This document shows positions 31,906 through 45,689 of a DNA stretch of 64,000 nucleotides, piece by piece (positions within the stretch are counted from its first letter, which is position 1; the number at the start of each line of letters is the position of its first letter). The DNA comes from Utricularia gibba (taxonomy: Eukaryota; Plantae; Magnoliophyta), in contig CM007990.1 of the NCBI GenBank assembly GCA_002189035.1, positions 930,001 to 994,000 on the forward strand, given 5' to 3'. Position numbers and translations under genes: made by a program. The notes under the pieces were generated by a model. It worked only from the letters and a program-made list of their open reading frames with translations, made no database searches and was not told the origin of the DNA.

Positions 31906-34900
31906 TCATACAGATGGGGAGGCATCCATGGCGTCGTCATGTTGTAACAAGATCTCATATATATCAGTCCTCAGGTTCAGTCCCTTGTCCCGCATGACTT
32001 CTTGGAGGTCTGAGAGCTCCTTCACGCTCAGAACTGAATCCAGCTTCTGGAAGCCACTGAGCCACAGCTTCTTGGACCTGCACCGCAGTGATGGAAGAGA
32101 AACATGATGATGGTGATGATGTGAAGCCGAAAATCCTAAGCACCAGCAGGATATGTTACCAGGGGCATGCATGTATTGCACGGAAGAAGACTCTCTTTGC
32201 AGCAGCTAAATCGCACGCTATGCTTCTTTCAAACACGATGTACCACTGCCATAGAATCACTGAGTGATGAAATGTATCGTCCTCCAATGCCCTCTCGAAA
32301 AGTGCACGTATTCTGTGCTTGGAGTTCCCTGAGCTCATCTCAAATAATAGTGCATATAGGTATGTAACAATGGATGGCCTCCTGGAATTTGAACCAGTCA
32401 GAGAAGCATTAGATCTTACTTCAACGAAGATAAAGGTATTCTGGGATGTTTATGAGATTATCAAAGCATGTAGCATTGACAGAGGATATATCATATCAGG
32501 TCATGCAATTTCTCACAGGGCACAAACTTCAGCACCAAGATGGAAATAAAACACGATGTTATGTCCTGAACATTCACCGCCCCATTATACCAGTCAGTTG
32601 ATATGGCTAGACATGACCAAAGAATGTGCAGCAGTAGAAAAAAGAAGACCATGATTGTAATGTTCTCAACAAATTATAGTTCAAAAATAGATGAGAAGCC
32701 TTCGATACTCAAGCATGCATGTTCAATAAAGGGATTGCAAGAGCGGCATTTGGCATTCTATGCATAACGTAGAATGTAACTAAAAAAAGTTGTAGTATGA
32801 AGTTTATACTTTCGGTAGCAGTCATCGAGTGTACAGCGTAGCTTATTTGGTGAAGTCTGCAGATAGCCGATTTCCAACAGGACACCATGTATGAATGGAT
32901 TGAATGGATATATCTGCAATCCCTTCTCAATGTCTTCCCATACTTTTGATATCCTGAGCTGCATACGATGCCTCAAAAGCATCTTCACATAATACTGGAA
33001 CAAAAATTCGAGCTGACTACTTTGTCGTCTTCGTTCTGCAGCAAAAGTCATGACATGTGCGTTCATATGTTGAGCAACAAGAATAAATGACATACATAAG
33101 AGAAAAAAAAAAATCAATGTGAAAGTATTCCAAGAAGTGCTGGATTTAAAACACATACACACCCAACACAAAACAATGTCGAGAAGCCTTATTCACCTGG
33201 AAGACCCATTGTAAAAGAGTGCTCCAGAATTTCTAACCCAGAGGCCCACCCAGAAGTCAATTCTTCAAATAATGCAGCTGAACAGATCATAGCAACACCA
33301 TGATCGTCTATGATGCCTCGTGACCATGTGGAACTAAGCACTTTGATTCGTTCTTTAAATCCCTGGCGAGCTTTAAGTTGAAGTAGACTCGATGGTGGAC
33401 CTTTAAATGGACAATATTTTGTTCCACTTCCAAATAAAGACAGAACATGCATTGCTCGTGACAAGCTGTCCGAAGATCCAGACTGAGAGTTTGCAAACTC
33501 CATTTCCGCATACCAAAAATGCAAAAGAGAAGCATTCGGTCGAATGTTCTACAGGTTAAATTAAACAAGAAACATATTAATTTCAAGCAAACAACACTCG
33601 ATACTCGCAGATAAACATTGAATAAAAATGATGGTACGTGGCATTATGACTCTTTCCTATTGTCTCATATACCATTTACTGGAAAGCAATCATGATCTGA
33701 TATGTTTGTACCACAATCCAATCAAAAAATGATGCAATTTCACAAAGAAAACCAAGACCACTTGCATATAACTTGTATGAAAAATAGAGAAATAAGAAAC
33801 ATTACCACTGCAAGCTCCTCAATAGACATCAAAGCCATGTCAAAAACTTTTCTGGAGTGCTCAATGTTTCCAAAATATGCCTCTCTTCGGGCATAAACCC
33901 CACACAACAAGATATCCTACAAATAAATGAACAGAGAAAAGAATTCAGATAACCAGAATAAAAAATTTATGACTACCAGCATAAGGTATACAGCAGACTA
34001 ATAAGTGGGCATCATTCATTCTATGTTAAAAGGCACGTGAAATTCAACGCTTGATTCTCAACCCCCTTTTCTCAATTACCACTTAAAAATGCTGAGAGCA
34101 AGTCCTTGTATTTTACGAAAAAAAGTGTACCATCATCATGGCCTATAACTAACTGAAATTAATGATTATATGACTCAATTAGCACAATTAAGTTTCAGGA
34201 CAATAGCCCATACCTGCCTGTTATTCTTTAGCAGTGTCTTTGCTAAAGCCCGGCATGGTGTCACTGAAGAGCTTGGCAAATGCATCTGAGTGCTTGATAG
34301 CTCTTCAGCAACAAGAGCAATTTCCTCCAAGATATAGTTTTGTGGAAATGCATTGAGACAAAGCAATGCAACATTTCGAAGAAACTTCATCATGTTTCCC
34401 CTTCTACTCAACTCCTCCGAGCTGTTCACAAGGATTTCAAAACTGAAACTTAATGTATCTGCAGGCTTTTTGACTAGTAGATCATGCACGTTTCTCATAT
34501 CATCCACAAAGGATTGTGGAGCGCTCTCCATACCGAGTAGTTTCTCAACCCAATTAGAACTATTGGTGCACGTCCTGCAAAGCATGAATTAGGAATCAAA
34601 AGCAATAAAAGCATACATGAGCGCAAGGGAATGAAAAATGAATTGGCGATGCCTAGCAGGGACTTCAGCAATGAATAAATCTAGGCTGGACAAGATAATA
34701 CCTACCACTGGGGTATCCGTCCTCCATAGAAATCTATAAACTGGACAATCAGAGAAAATTGTGCTTCTTTGGAAATTACTGAGAACAGGAAATCACACAC
34801 TTCTTCGAATAATATAACGCTCAAAAGCTTCTCATCATCCTTTAAGTCACCTTCATCTTCATGGATAACTTGCCCTGTTCATCCAAGTTCATTGTGGGGA

Positions 34901-37246
34901 AGGCGGAAACATGAACAACGGAAACCAATAATGAAAGTTTATAGAGGAGAAAATTGCTTCGATGGGGAATGACTAGAGTATCTCAAGAATGACGCAAATG
35001 GGTAATAGAGAGCAAATACATCCTTTGATGATGAGTAAAGGAATAGTGTGTGCATCAATAAAACATACCAGAAGTACTATGAATGGGCATCCAGTTATCA
35101 ATATCCCTGGCCAGCTCCTCCTCTGACCACTTGGTCCATGTCTTTGCATCAGTGATCTTGATATCAGTATCAGCTGCAGCATCAATCCCAAGGGCCTTCA
35201 GAAGAGACTCAATGTCATCCTTCTGATCATCATCTTCATCACCAGAACCCTCATGAGATTCCTCAGCATCACCATCATTCTGCACAGCACTGTCCAAAAC
35301 TGCCACTTCCTCATCTTTTGAAGATGGTTTGAACCAACCTGTCCACCCACCTTCCTCTGCTACACCCAATGACTCCTCTCTCAAAAGTTTTTGCCTTTGT
35401 TCCTCCTCTTTCTGCAGCCATGTTGACCACCCAAGGGCTCCATCCTGGCCAATTCTAGCACCACTGCTACTCCAGAAGTGTTCAAATAACCTTTTTTTAC
35501 TTTGTTCGGAGAGACCCAATGGACAAAACAAACTGAATTCAATTTCTGCCTGAAATAAAGCAGTGGCCATCTCTTGATAACCTGCTTGCCACTCAAGGCG
35601 ACAGAGACTAAGAAAAATATCAACCAAACCCAGCTCTAACTGAATAAATGATGAATCAGGAGTGAAATTTCCAGATTGATCAGCCTGCATCAGAAGAAGG
35701 GGAAAAGTCAGCTTATCAGAAGCTCCATCAAATCAATAAGTGTCAAAAGAACATAGTGACTAGTGATACAGTTCCAAGTGTTACAAAATCTATTAACATG
35801 GACGTTTCTCTATATCAACGTTTCTCCACAGGTACAGCAAGACAAGAATAAAAGCATCATGACTACTGATGAGAACCTGCCTATGTTGCTTTACACATGC
35901 ACCAGACAAGGCTTGGATAGCATTTGCATAAATCTTCCTCATGTCAGAAACATTGAACCTAGAAAATTCTCCCTGAGCAACCCGCAAAAACTCTTTCCAA
36001 AGCTTACAGCTCCCTGAGTTGAGTGACAGCACATTTTCCCATCTCTTGACCAAGGCTTCAGTGCTATCTCTTTTCCTGTAAGCATTCATGAGACACACAA
36101 GCAAATCTTCACTCTCTGGATTAAGTTTCGTAGCATTCTCCAGAATGCTAATTTTCTTCTCAAGTGTTTGTAAACGAGCACCTTTTTGTGGCTGCATACT
36201 AGCTACCGTGTCTTGAAACTTAGAAAATTCCAACCACAGATTCTCATCATGTGGACGCTCCCTTGTCAATTTATTGAACTCCTTTGTCTTTCGCAACATT
36301 TCATCTTCCAATGATTCTTCAATCATATGTGCACTATCAGAAATATCATTGGAAAGGGGAATATATTCAGCAGTTGGATTGCTTCCATGATTTCGATGAG
36401 GAAGAACTCGTAGACGTTTCAGGTTTTTATGACGCTCAATAGCTGCATATTTTGGAGACCAATACCTGCCTCCAGATTTAAGCTTCGAGTCCAAGGTGTC
36501 AATATCAGCATCCTCCTCCAGCGAAACAGCACTCTTATTTCCCTTAAAGTAATGAAACTTGGAGGCCTTACTAGCATTGTATGACTTGTAACGAGCTACA
36601 TCCATCCTGTAAATTTAAAAGGTAAGTTTTCCAAACCAGTAGTTTCTCTGCCACAAAAATTTGCTTATACATGCTCATAACAGCTTTGGTAGTCGAACGA
36701 AGATTTCAGCTATCCAACCCATAAAAGCCAATATTGTCATAAGAATAGTTATTGAAGCAGAAAAAACTACCTGTATATCGAACCAAAGGCTAAATTGTCG
36801 GGATCTCCTCGAGAATCAAAGTAGTAAACTTTATCACCCGAAGTAGACGAAGCCCATTTTTGAACCGACGGTTTTCTCGAAGAAGATAAAAAATATTCAT
36901 AAGGATGAGACCCGCTACTCTCCACCCTCCTCTTAGCCTTCCTCCTCTTCCTCTTCTTCGTATCTTCTGAAGAAGCGCTAGCGTCCGAAGGCGAAGAGGG
37001 AACCATCTCGTACTCCTGGGGCCGTTCACTAACATCCCTTTCTTCCTCTTCCTCATCCCTTTGTTCTTCCTGGAAAGGGATTTCGTACTTAGAGACTGCC
37101 TCCTCGATCACGGCGATATCGGTGGTGAAGCTAGAATTTTGCAACCACTTCGCCGCAGAGGTGCTATCGGAGGCGGAGCCTGCCCCTTGTGCCTGAAAGA
37201 AAGCAGGGAACAGAGGCGCCGTCTCATTGCTCTCCCTCTCTTCCAT
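31906..37246 (-). CDS. NRDE2: Nuclear exosome regulator NRDE2
   Basis: YYFDSRGDPDNLAFGSIYR|MDVARYK, EFNKLTRERPHDENLWLEF, ATALFQAEIEF, and the C-terminal RVFFRAIHACPW|SKKLWL...LNLRTDIYEILLQ. The junctions I checked are in phase. Confidence 0.92.
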
Positions 37247-37472
37247 GCCGACCGGAGAACTGAAACCCACCACCGGAATACGCCCCTTTCTAATTTTTAA
37301 GCGGAACACAAATTGAGAAAACAATTAATTCTCATAAATTTAATAAAATTACGAGAAAATAGATATACGTTATACACGAAATGACAAAAATAGCCCTAAG
37401 GAGGATAAGAAATTACCCCTCCCAATTTATATACATACCATACACTCCTACCTATCTACAAAAAACTACCAA

Positions 37473-37654
37473 CAGCATTTTACTGCACCAGAGATTTACC
37501 CCAAGTATTCACTTTTACCAGCCATCTGATCTTTTTACAGCCCGTGATGATGTTGGATTTGGCAGCATTTTACTGCACCAGAGATTCACTTTTACCAGCC
37601 ATCAGATGAGTTTACAGCCTTTGGTGACCTTGATGATGTTGGATTTAGCAGCAT
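37473..37654. repeat. Imperfect tandem duplication (about 90-nt unit) spanning the TPR gene stop codon
   Basis: CAGCATTTTACTGCACCAGAGAT...TTCACTTTTACCAGCCATC...TTTACAGCC...TGATGATGTTGGATTT occurs at 37473-37562 and again at 37563-37648. Confidence 0.9.
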
Positions 37655-40600
37655 CCAACAGGGGGTCCAACTTAAAAGCCTTGTTGAAGCAGAACTTGGC
37701 CTGTTCCAGAAGACCCTCCGCCACAAATACAAGACCAAGGTTGTTGTAGGCCGGTGCATAGCCAGGTTGCAGGTCGAGGGCCTTGCTCAGCATGGCTTTT
37801 GCTCTTTCATATTTCCTCAGCTGTCGGTACAAGTTGCCAAGGTTGTTGTAAATGGTATGTGCTTGTTCTGATGTTGCTAGCGATGCGGCGTGCTTGTACA
37901 CTTCCTCTGCATCGGAGGCCTCCTCGAGAAGCTGGAGGGCGATTCCTGGTGGAACAGATCATAGACAGGGAGGGAAGCTTGACAGAATGTAGAAGGAGCC
38001 AGCAATGAAGGGAAGGATAGATAGAAGCGTACCAAGATTTGACCATGTGTAGACAGAGTCGTTGAGACGGGCAACCGCAGCTTTGAAGTAAGTTCTGGAC
38101 ATTTTGAGCTGCTGTGTACGTAGGCAATGAAGGCCGATTTGGTGCCAGTGCACAGCATCGTCAGGATCTTCCCCTACAGACTGCAAAAGATGCACAGGGT
38201 TGATGAAAGGCTTCTGTGGTGAATGAGATTAAGCCTCTGTCCCTGACTAGTTCATGCCAATGGGGAATAGTAGATTCATAGGGTCACTCTCAAGCATTTT
38301 TTTCTAACATTTCTTGGATGAATGCATGCTAGGATAGGAGTATCATTCTAACCTGCTTTAAGCTGAGCATGGCTCGCTCTTTAACTACTAGCAATTCCTT
38401 TCTATCAATGTTAAAAACAGAAGCGATCTCGTGCTGAGTTTTGTGGACCAGAGAAAGACCACCCCAGGCTATGTGAGGTTCAATGAGGTTGGAGTCCCCA
38501 TCCCTGAGAATTGAGGCCATCTCATTCCCAGCCCAGGTGAGCTGTTCGCTTGGATTCTGGGATCTTTCAGCATCTCGGATTCGTTGGACTCCAACAGTGT
38601 AACGTGTTGCTAAGCAATTTGGCTCCAATTTCACAGCCTAGGAAGCACAAAAGAAACAGAGTTATTGAATGAAGTGAAATGAACAACTACTGCGCCTTAG
38701 AACTGGCGACCATGAAGAGTAGTGAAAGCAAATACAGATGAAGAAAAGTGCCATGGAACCAGTTGTTCAACTAAATCTCGTGGAAGTGATATGAAAAGAG
38801 ACAAAAAAAAAAAAAAGAAAACCTTCTCTAAACATTTTTCAGAAACTTTGTGATCACCAATCAGGGAATATGCATTGGCCAAGTTTGCCCAAATATGAGC
38901 AGCTCTAGGGTCAAATTTTGCTGCAGCTAATAAACAATCCTTGGCAACATTGACAGCCGCAATCCAGTCAGCATACGCCTGGGCATCGACTCTGGCACCA
39001 GGACCTAAACTCACAGAAAGGATTTCGTCAAAGAGAAAAACAGAACAGATTCTGAAAAAACTTACATTGGAGGGAAAAAAACAAGTATCAAAATGTTCTG
39101 TATGGACATATAGATTATAAAAAAAAAAAAGCTTTAATGTTTTATTGTGTGAATCCTTCAAGATACCTGCAACCACCGAACCATATTTATACAAGATTAC
39201 AGCTGCAAAGTTATTCAAAGCCGCAGGGTGATGCTGATCTTTCAAAACGAGATCTTGGAAACACTTCTCTGCAAGTTCAACATCACCACTGGAATGAAAG
39301 TTTTCGTTAATCAAGGGCAAACCCACAAGCCACGCATGCTTAGACTGCACGCAGCATGATTCAGAAGGGTATGAAACAAGAAATGAAGAGCAAAAGACTT
39401 TTGCGTGCTTCTGAAATATGCATATATCTTCAAATCAATTCCAAATCGAAATCTTTAGATACAACCATGGCTAATTTTCACTCACTCCGGCTCATAGCCT
39501 CCATTTTATCATTAATAACCTTCATAAAGGTAAGGAAAAGAAACTTCAGTTGCTTCATGAATTAGATTATCAAATTAGCACCGAAAAATTATGCAGAATG
39601 GATTAACAATAATCTTACTCCTGAAGGTAGGCAGTGCCAAGGTTGCCAATACAATCCAAATTGTCAGGCACTATATCCAATACAGCCAAAAACACAGATA
39701 TCGCACTCTGTTGAGCAAAGAAGATGTTGTCAGAATAACAGCCCACTTAACGGGTACATCCTGCAATTCAAAACTTTCACCTTTAAGCGACCAGTTCTGA
39801 GAAGCATCAGACCTAGAATGTTCCAAATAGATGCCTTCCTAACATCCGATTCCATAGACTCCTTCAGCTTTGAGCATATTTCATCAAGCTCATGGGGTTC
39901 AAGCTCCTGATTGGGAGTAGAATTTTCCAAGCTCTCTAACAATATGCACTATGAGCAGACAAGAGTGAATATCAACGCAGAATGCGAAATGGAATGCAGA
40001 ATCAGAACATTACACTTAGCTAATCAAGCCATAAAAAGGTTTGAGTATGGTTTCCAACCCAGAATCAGAACGGGTTGAATATGAGCGGAACTCCCATTAC
40101 AGGAACATGGATTTTTCATTTTTTTTTTTTTTTTGCCCTGGTAGCAGGAAAAACAAATTTCATGCTATACATATCATATTTTCAGAGAATGCCTCTAGCA
40201 CCTGTGCATGATGGAGCTGAACCAAGGATAGCAGGTCTGGTCTATCAATTTCTTCATTGGAGCGAAGCAATACCTCTGCAGCTTTTTCATATGCCGATAT
40301 CGCCTAGCAAAACTTAACAAGATATTAAAACAGTAAAAGGCTGTAAGAACTAGGATGTTCAACAATCAAGATAGCACCTTTTGAGGTTGGCCCATTCTTT
40401 GATACATCAGGCCAAGTATGAAATGAGCATGCATATTCCTTGGCATCTTTCGAGCAACATGCATCAATCCCTACAATATAAGACACTACAATTTTAAAAA
40501 CAGCCTTTGTGGAAGGCATCGTGTTATTCCTTTCATGGTAAAAATAAACTGCTGTAATCACAACCCCCCCTCATTTAAAAGCCACACAACAATAAAGAGA

Positions 40601-41164
40601 ACATTACTGATTATATTACCGCATCCATTTGCTCTCTTAACACTTAGTGAGGAGGAAAAACTTATGAATTTACCGTTTTGAGACTGCTAACTTTTTCCTC
40701 CCGAGAACTGTTCATCCCTTGCCCATAATGGTCCGCATCTGCATCTCCTGTACCACTATCAGCAGGATTCTCCATCTTACTAGATTTCGGGCGGGACTTG
40801 CCGATTTTTCTCGGCTGGGGGGCATCTACATCCGTGGCATCATAAGCTTTACCAGGTTTTTCCAGAGACGGTGCATTAGCCGTTACCCTGTAAATTCCAA
40901 GAAACCAACTTCATTCAAAAAAAGAAAGAAAATGAAAACAGTGACTAAAAATAGGCGTACAACCAATTAAAGAACTCAAAACCTTGAGGAAGCAACTGCG
41001 GAGGAGGCAGAATTTGCAGATGCGTCAATATCCAGGGGATCAACGTTAAGGTCAGCCATAACAATCGGCCTCTGTGGCGGCGGGCTTGGCCTCAGGGAAG
41101 CTTCTCCGGCGAGATTATCCGCCTCGGCTGAAGAAGCGGCGGTCAGATGTGGAGAGCGAGACAT
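37602..41164 (-). CDS. Tetratricopeptide-repeat protein (conserved plant TPR family, often auto-annotated as SPINDLY-like)
   Basis: MADLNVDP, HVARKMPRNMHAHFILGLMYQ, DLVLKDQHHPAALNN, NNLGNLYRQ, PGYAPAYNNLGLVFVAEG. No glycosyltransferase domain is seen. Confidence 0.88.
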
Positions 41165-41380
41165 CTTCCCCAGGTCTGAGTAGAAGTAGAAGCACACACC
41201 CCCCCACCCCACTCCACCCCAAAACAAATATCTTTCGGTATAGGAGATGAAGGGCTTTCTTGACTTTTCACCCTTGTCCGGATCACTGCACACGCTTCAT
41301 TGGTCAAACGGGTCACCTCCCTCTTTCTTTAATTATTGCCATTTAGTTTTATTACACACATCTTAAAGATGCCTCCCTAT

Positions 41381-41424
41381 TGGGCCTAATGCATCAAGCC
41401 CACTAATAGAAGCCCATGAGCCCA
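41381..41424. promoter_or_regulatory. Cluster of four site II elements (TGGGCY/RGCCCA) upstream of the TPR gene
   Basis: One TGGGCC and three AGCCCA within 45 bp, about 220 bp upstream of the ATG. Confidence 0.55.
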
Positions 41425-41469
41425 AACGGATGTAATCTTGTGTTCATTCCTTGGTCACGCTTCACTATT

Positions 41470-41915
41470 GATGGGCATGGGCCGGCCCGACCCGTATAAA
41501 ACGGGCCCGATCCACGGGTCAACTATTTATATATAGATGATTTGTTAAATCTCCCAAAATTAACCCGTCACTTGTTGGACTCGTTGGATCACAAATTGAC
41601 CCGTAAAATCAATTCACCTATTCCACATATGACAAATTAAGTGAGGTCAAATTAATAAAATTAAAATTATCAACCCATTTTTATATATTTTATAAAAATA
41701 TTACCATTAAAAATTAATTAATATAATTTGATATTCAATGAAATAACAATTTTTTTTAGCAAAAAGTTATACTTTTTTTTTTCAAACTTATAGATCATAA
41801 CTTGTGGATCCGACCCACAAACGGGTTCAAACTATATTTTGGTTTCATGAGTTAGAACTATTGAATTAATAAACTTGACCTGCAACCCGTTGGACCCAAC
41901 TTGTGCCCTCGTCTT
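41470..41915. mobile_element. Probable non-autonomous DNA transposon remnant (hAT-like subterminal repeat architecture)
   Basis: ACCCG/CGGGT/GACCC motifs cluster at both ends (41470-41610 and 41800-41910) around an AT-rich core. Clean TIRs and an 8-bp TSD were not found. Confidence 0.4.
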
Positions 41916-43754
41916 AGATGATTAATGACATACTTAAATTATTTGTATATCGATAAACATGTCATGTACACGTGATTTACGCAACTATTTCATATAACAT
42001 ATTTATCAAATAAACGTAGTGAGCATATACGTCTTTAACATACCATTGGATGGTATGCATGGACATGGTTAATAGATATGTCATGTAGTGTGTAGATGTG
42101 GCGGATGCGGAGGTCAATTACATCATATCATCCATATCGCGAATCTTACACATGGCATCCATCATCCATACCCACGCATGTCTATGTGGTCTCCCAAGCT
42201 ACATACATGCATGCATGTGTTACCATCCCGGAGAGAAGTCTCCCCTCCATCAAGAATTTCACATTTTGGATTTAATACCAAAGAATGAAATCTTGAAGAA
42301 AATGACAAGTTTCGGGGATATGATCATGTTTTGTTTACATAATTTAATGTAGTCATTCTATTTAATTTTAAAAATTTTAATATTGGACTGTTTTGTATCA
42401 ATATTAAAAATTCATATTTAATGATAATTTTAAAAATTATTAAATATATTGGATTTTTTTTATTTTAGTGATTAAACAAGTATTAATTATAAAAATTTTA
42501 TTATTTAATTGAAAAATAAATTAATATCATTAAATTAATTATATAATAATTTATTTATTAAATTTTATAATATAATCTTATACCCTCATGCAAAGTAGTT
42601 TTATAATTCTATTCTATGTAATTTGAAACAGGATTTAAAATATAATATTACATTTGAAAAAAAAAATCGAAATCGAAATTGATGAGGTTGATTTTAGACA
42701 TTTGTATTTTTAAAAAAATTATGATAAATAATATTTTTATTAGTTGATATGATTCATTTACAAAATACATTTTAAAAATAAATACCATAATTGATTTTAA
42801 ATAAAAACTGCTACATACTGAAATGACAATAGATCCAATATCGTGGCCTAAGTCAGCGTATGCTTTTTTATTATTTAATTACGTAATATTAAAATATTTA
42901 TTTATATGAACAGATTAGAACAAAATATCATGTTTACGTGGCGGCAGGAACCTGGTGACGTGGATGGATTTAACCGACACGCGGAGTGGTACGCACGACC
43001 TCACCCGGTTTCCACGCCTCCAGCCTGTAATAATAAAACCAAAAATAGATATAAATCACGTGATCTATTCATTCTAATATAAATGCTAATTTTAGATTAG
43101 ATTTAATATTTTTATTAAAAAATTAACAATTTATTTTTATTTTCTAATATTTTATGAATAAATGTCATAAAAAATTAGTACATGCAATTAAACCTATTGT
43201 AACAAATGAATAAATTAAAAAATGAATTAAAATTATTTTTAAAATACCATGGATAAGCTTATCCGAATACTTGCCAAAAAAAGTAGACGGGCCCAAAATA
43301 TACTAAAATTGGAAAATCATTTATTTGTCGAATTTACCTATTTGACCTTCATAAAAGCTCTTTCGCCTTGATAATTAGTGGCTTAATTCAGGGTTAGTAA
43401 AGGCAACGACGACAGAGCGTTGAAGGGAAGAAAATTTTTAGAAACCTTTTTGTAGGTTATTTAAATAAATGCGTTTTATATGATTAAAATTAAAAATATA
43501 TTTAATATGTGAATTTGAAAAATAATATTGTATTTGATCGACATTTTTTAAAAATATGTATTAAATAAATTTAATTTGTAATAGTTGTTATTGTGAGATA
43601 TAGACAAAAATATCACAAGTTATTTTTTGATGATTTTTTGGGAGGAATTTTGAAAATATCTGTGAATTAAATAACAATTACTTTTTAGAAATGCAGGGAC
43701 GTCCGTCGGTAAAGCGGGTCCCATTCCCGGAGGGGATGCTTCGTGTTCGCCGCC

Positions 43755-43761
43755 TATAAAT
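43755..43761 (+). promoter_or_regulatory. TATA box of the BT gene
   Basis: TATAAAT followed by a CT-rich leader. Confidence 0.6.
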
Positions 43762-43930
43762 TGGGCTTCGTGCTCTGCTTTCTCTTCTCTTCTGACGTGT
43801 AGAGTCAAGCCTTTTCTCCTTTTACAATTGCTTGAGTTTTGAATCAGTGACCGATGGTGCAGTTGAAGAAGAGACTCTCCGCCCCGCGCGGTTGGTTTAT
43901 GCTCCGCCGGTGGTGGTCGTCTCCGCCGAC

Positions 43931-45356
43931 ATGTCGGAGCCTGACATCTACGTTGTTACCTCGGAGGGTATCAGGATTCCGGCGCATTCCAAGATTTTGG
44001 TATGCGTCTCAGTTTCTGTCGCGAATCGTGGTTCTGGAGTGTATCCGTTTGAAATTTTGGTGTTAACGGATAGCGGGATGGTATTTACAGGCATCCGCGT
44101 CTCCAATTCTGGAGGAAATCATCGGGAGGGCGAAAATGGATCTGCGCGCGATTCCAGAGGTTCCGATCTTCGGTGTCCCTTACGGCGCCGTTTGCGCGTT
44201 TCTCCTGTTTCTTAACTCTTCCAAGTGAGTAATCTGTTACCATGTCTGTTCAGTTTTTGTCTCCTCCACGGCTCATTTTTGTAAACTAGGTCAACTTTTG
44301 AGTCCATCAGATTCCGAATGTTGAGATTCTTGATTCCGTTGTCATTTAGGTGTAGCGATGAGCAAATCGAGATGTACGGAGTTCATCTTTTAGCTTTGTC
44401 CCATGTTTACTCTGTTGACCAGCTGAAGATGATATCGGCGAGGGGATTGGCCGAGAGGCTAACAGTTGAAAACGTGGTAGATATGATTCAGCTCGCTAGA
44501 TTGTGCCATGCTCCTCATCTTTACCTCAAGTGTATGAAACTACTTCTTAAAGACTTCAAGACTGTGGAGGAAACAGAAGGATGGAAGTTCTTGCAAGAAC
44601 ACGATCCCTATCTCGAGCTTGAGATATTGCAGTTCATAGATGAAGAAGAACAGGTGAACTTTCCCTCAGAAAACTCCAATTTTCGCAAGCTACTTTCTAC
44701 CAGATACAACTTGATTGTATTTCCGAATCTTTCGTGATGAAACAGAGGAAACAGAGGGCGAAGAAGGTACGTGAATCTCTGGGGCTGTACATGGATCTAA
44801 GCGAAGCAATGGATTGCCTTGTGCACATATGCACTGAAGGATGCACAAGCGTCGGCCCATACAACATCGACCCCAATCGGAAAAAGGGTCCCTGCAGCAA
44901 GTTCTCAACTTGCCATGGAGTTCAGCTTCTATTGAAACACTTCGGCACTTGCGGAAAGAAGGTGAAAGGGGGATGCGTGGGTTGCGTAAGAATGTGGCAG
45001 CTTTTCCGTCTGCACGCATCCATTTGTGAACAAGGCGATGAATGCAAAGTTCCCCTTTGCAGGTGATGTAGCTCTTTCATGCTGCTGTGTAAATAGTCTT
45101 TTTTAGATATTTCCATCCACGTGTGTGGTAGATATTCATTTTCAGTGATTACCCTTTCAATTGGTCTCTGTTATTATCTCACGACACAATCTCCACTTGA
45201 TGCAGACAGTTCAAGTTAACAGAAGAACGTCGCCGGAGAAGAAATGATTCACGGTGGAGGTTGCTGGCGAGGAAAGTAGTCTCTGCAAAAGCTATGTCCT
45301 CATTATCTTCACTCAAGAGGAAAAGAGTCGACGAACCAAGAGATCAGAGAAACTAA
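43931..45356 (+). CDS. BT1: BTB/POZ and TAZ domain protein (BT1/BT2 type), 5 exons; start codon uncertain
   Basis: VVTSEGIRIPAHSKIL|ASASPIL, HLLALSHVYSV, LARLCHAPHLYLKC, TEGWKFLQEHDPYLELEILQF, and the TAZ zinc finger HICTEGCTSVGP...RMWQLFRLHASIC...CKVPLCR|QFK. Confidence 0.9.
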
Positions 45357-45689
45357 AACGAGAACTTCAGTAGCCTGTTCTCGTAAGTCTCTTGCAGTCA
45401 CATATCTTTTTGTTTGTGGGGAGCATGAGACGATAAAAGCACCAAACTGGCCTTCCCCTTTGGTGCCTTTGTCAAAAGCTTGTCGTTTTTGAGTGGCTGC
45501 ATTTCATAATGCACCTTACCTTTTGTTGTTTGCTGGTGTGGTCTATAGAATCGCAAGTAACCTTGTTTCATGTTTATATGAAAAGCTCTTTTCCAATCTC
45601 CATGATCCCAAGTCATAAATTACACCCACTTGTATCTCTTTTGACACAATGGAGTTTCAGTCTCTTGAGGCAGGGGGGGAGATGTCTAT

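Noticed and set aside
42040-42350. ORFs of 66-84 aa in a CATG-rich intergenic patch
   Set aside because: No homology recognised and no splice or promoter context. Probably TE-derived or neutral.
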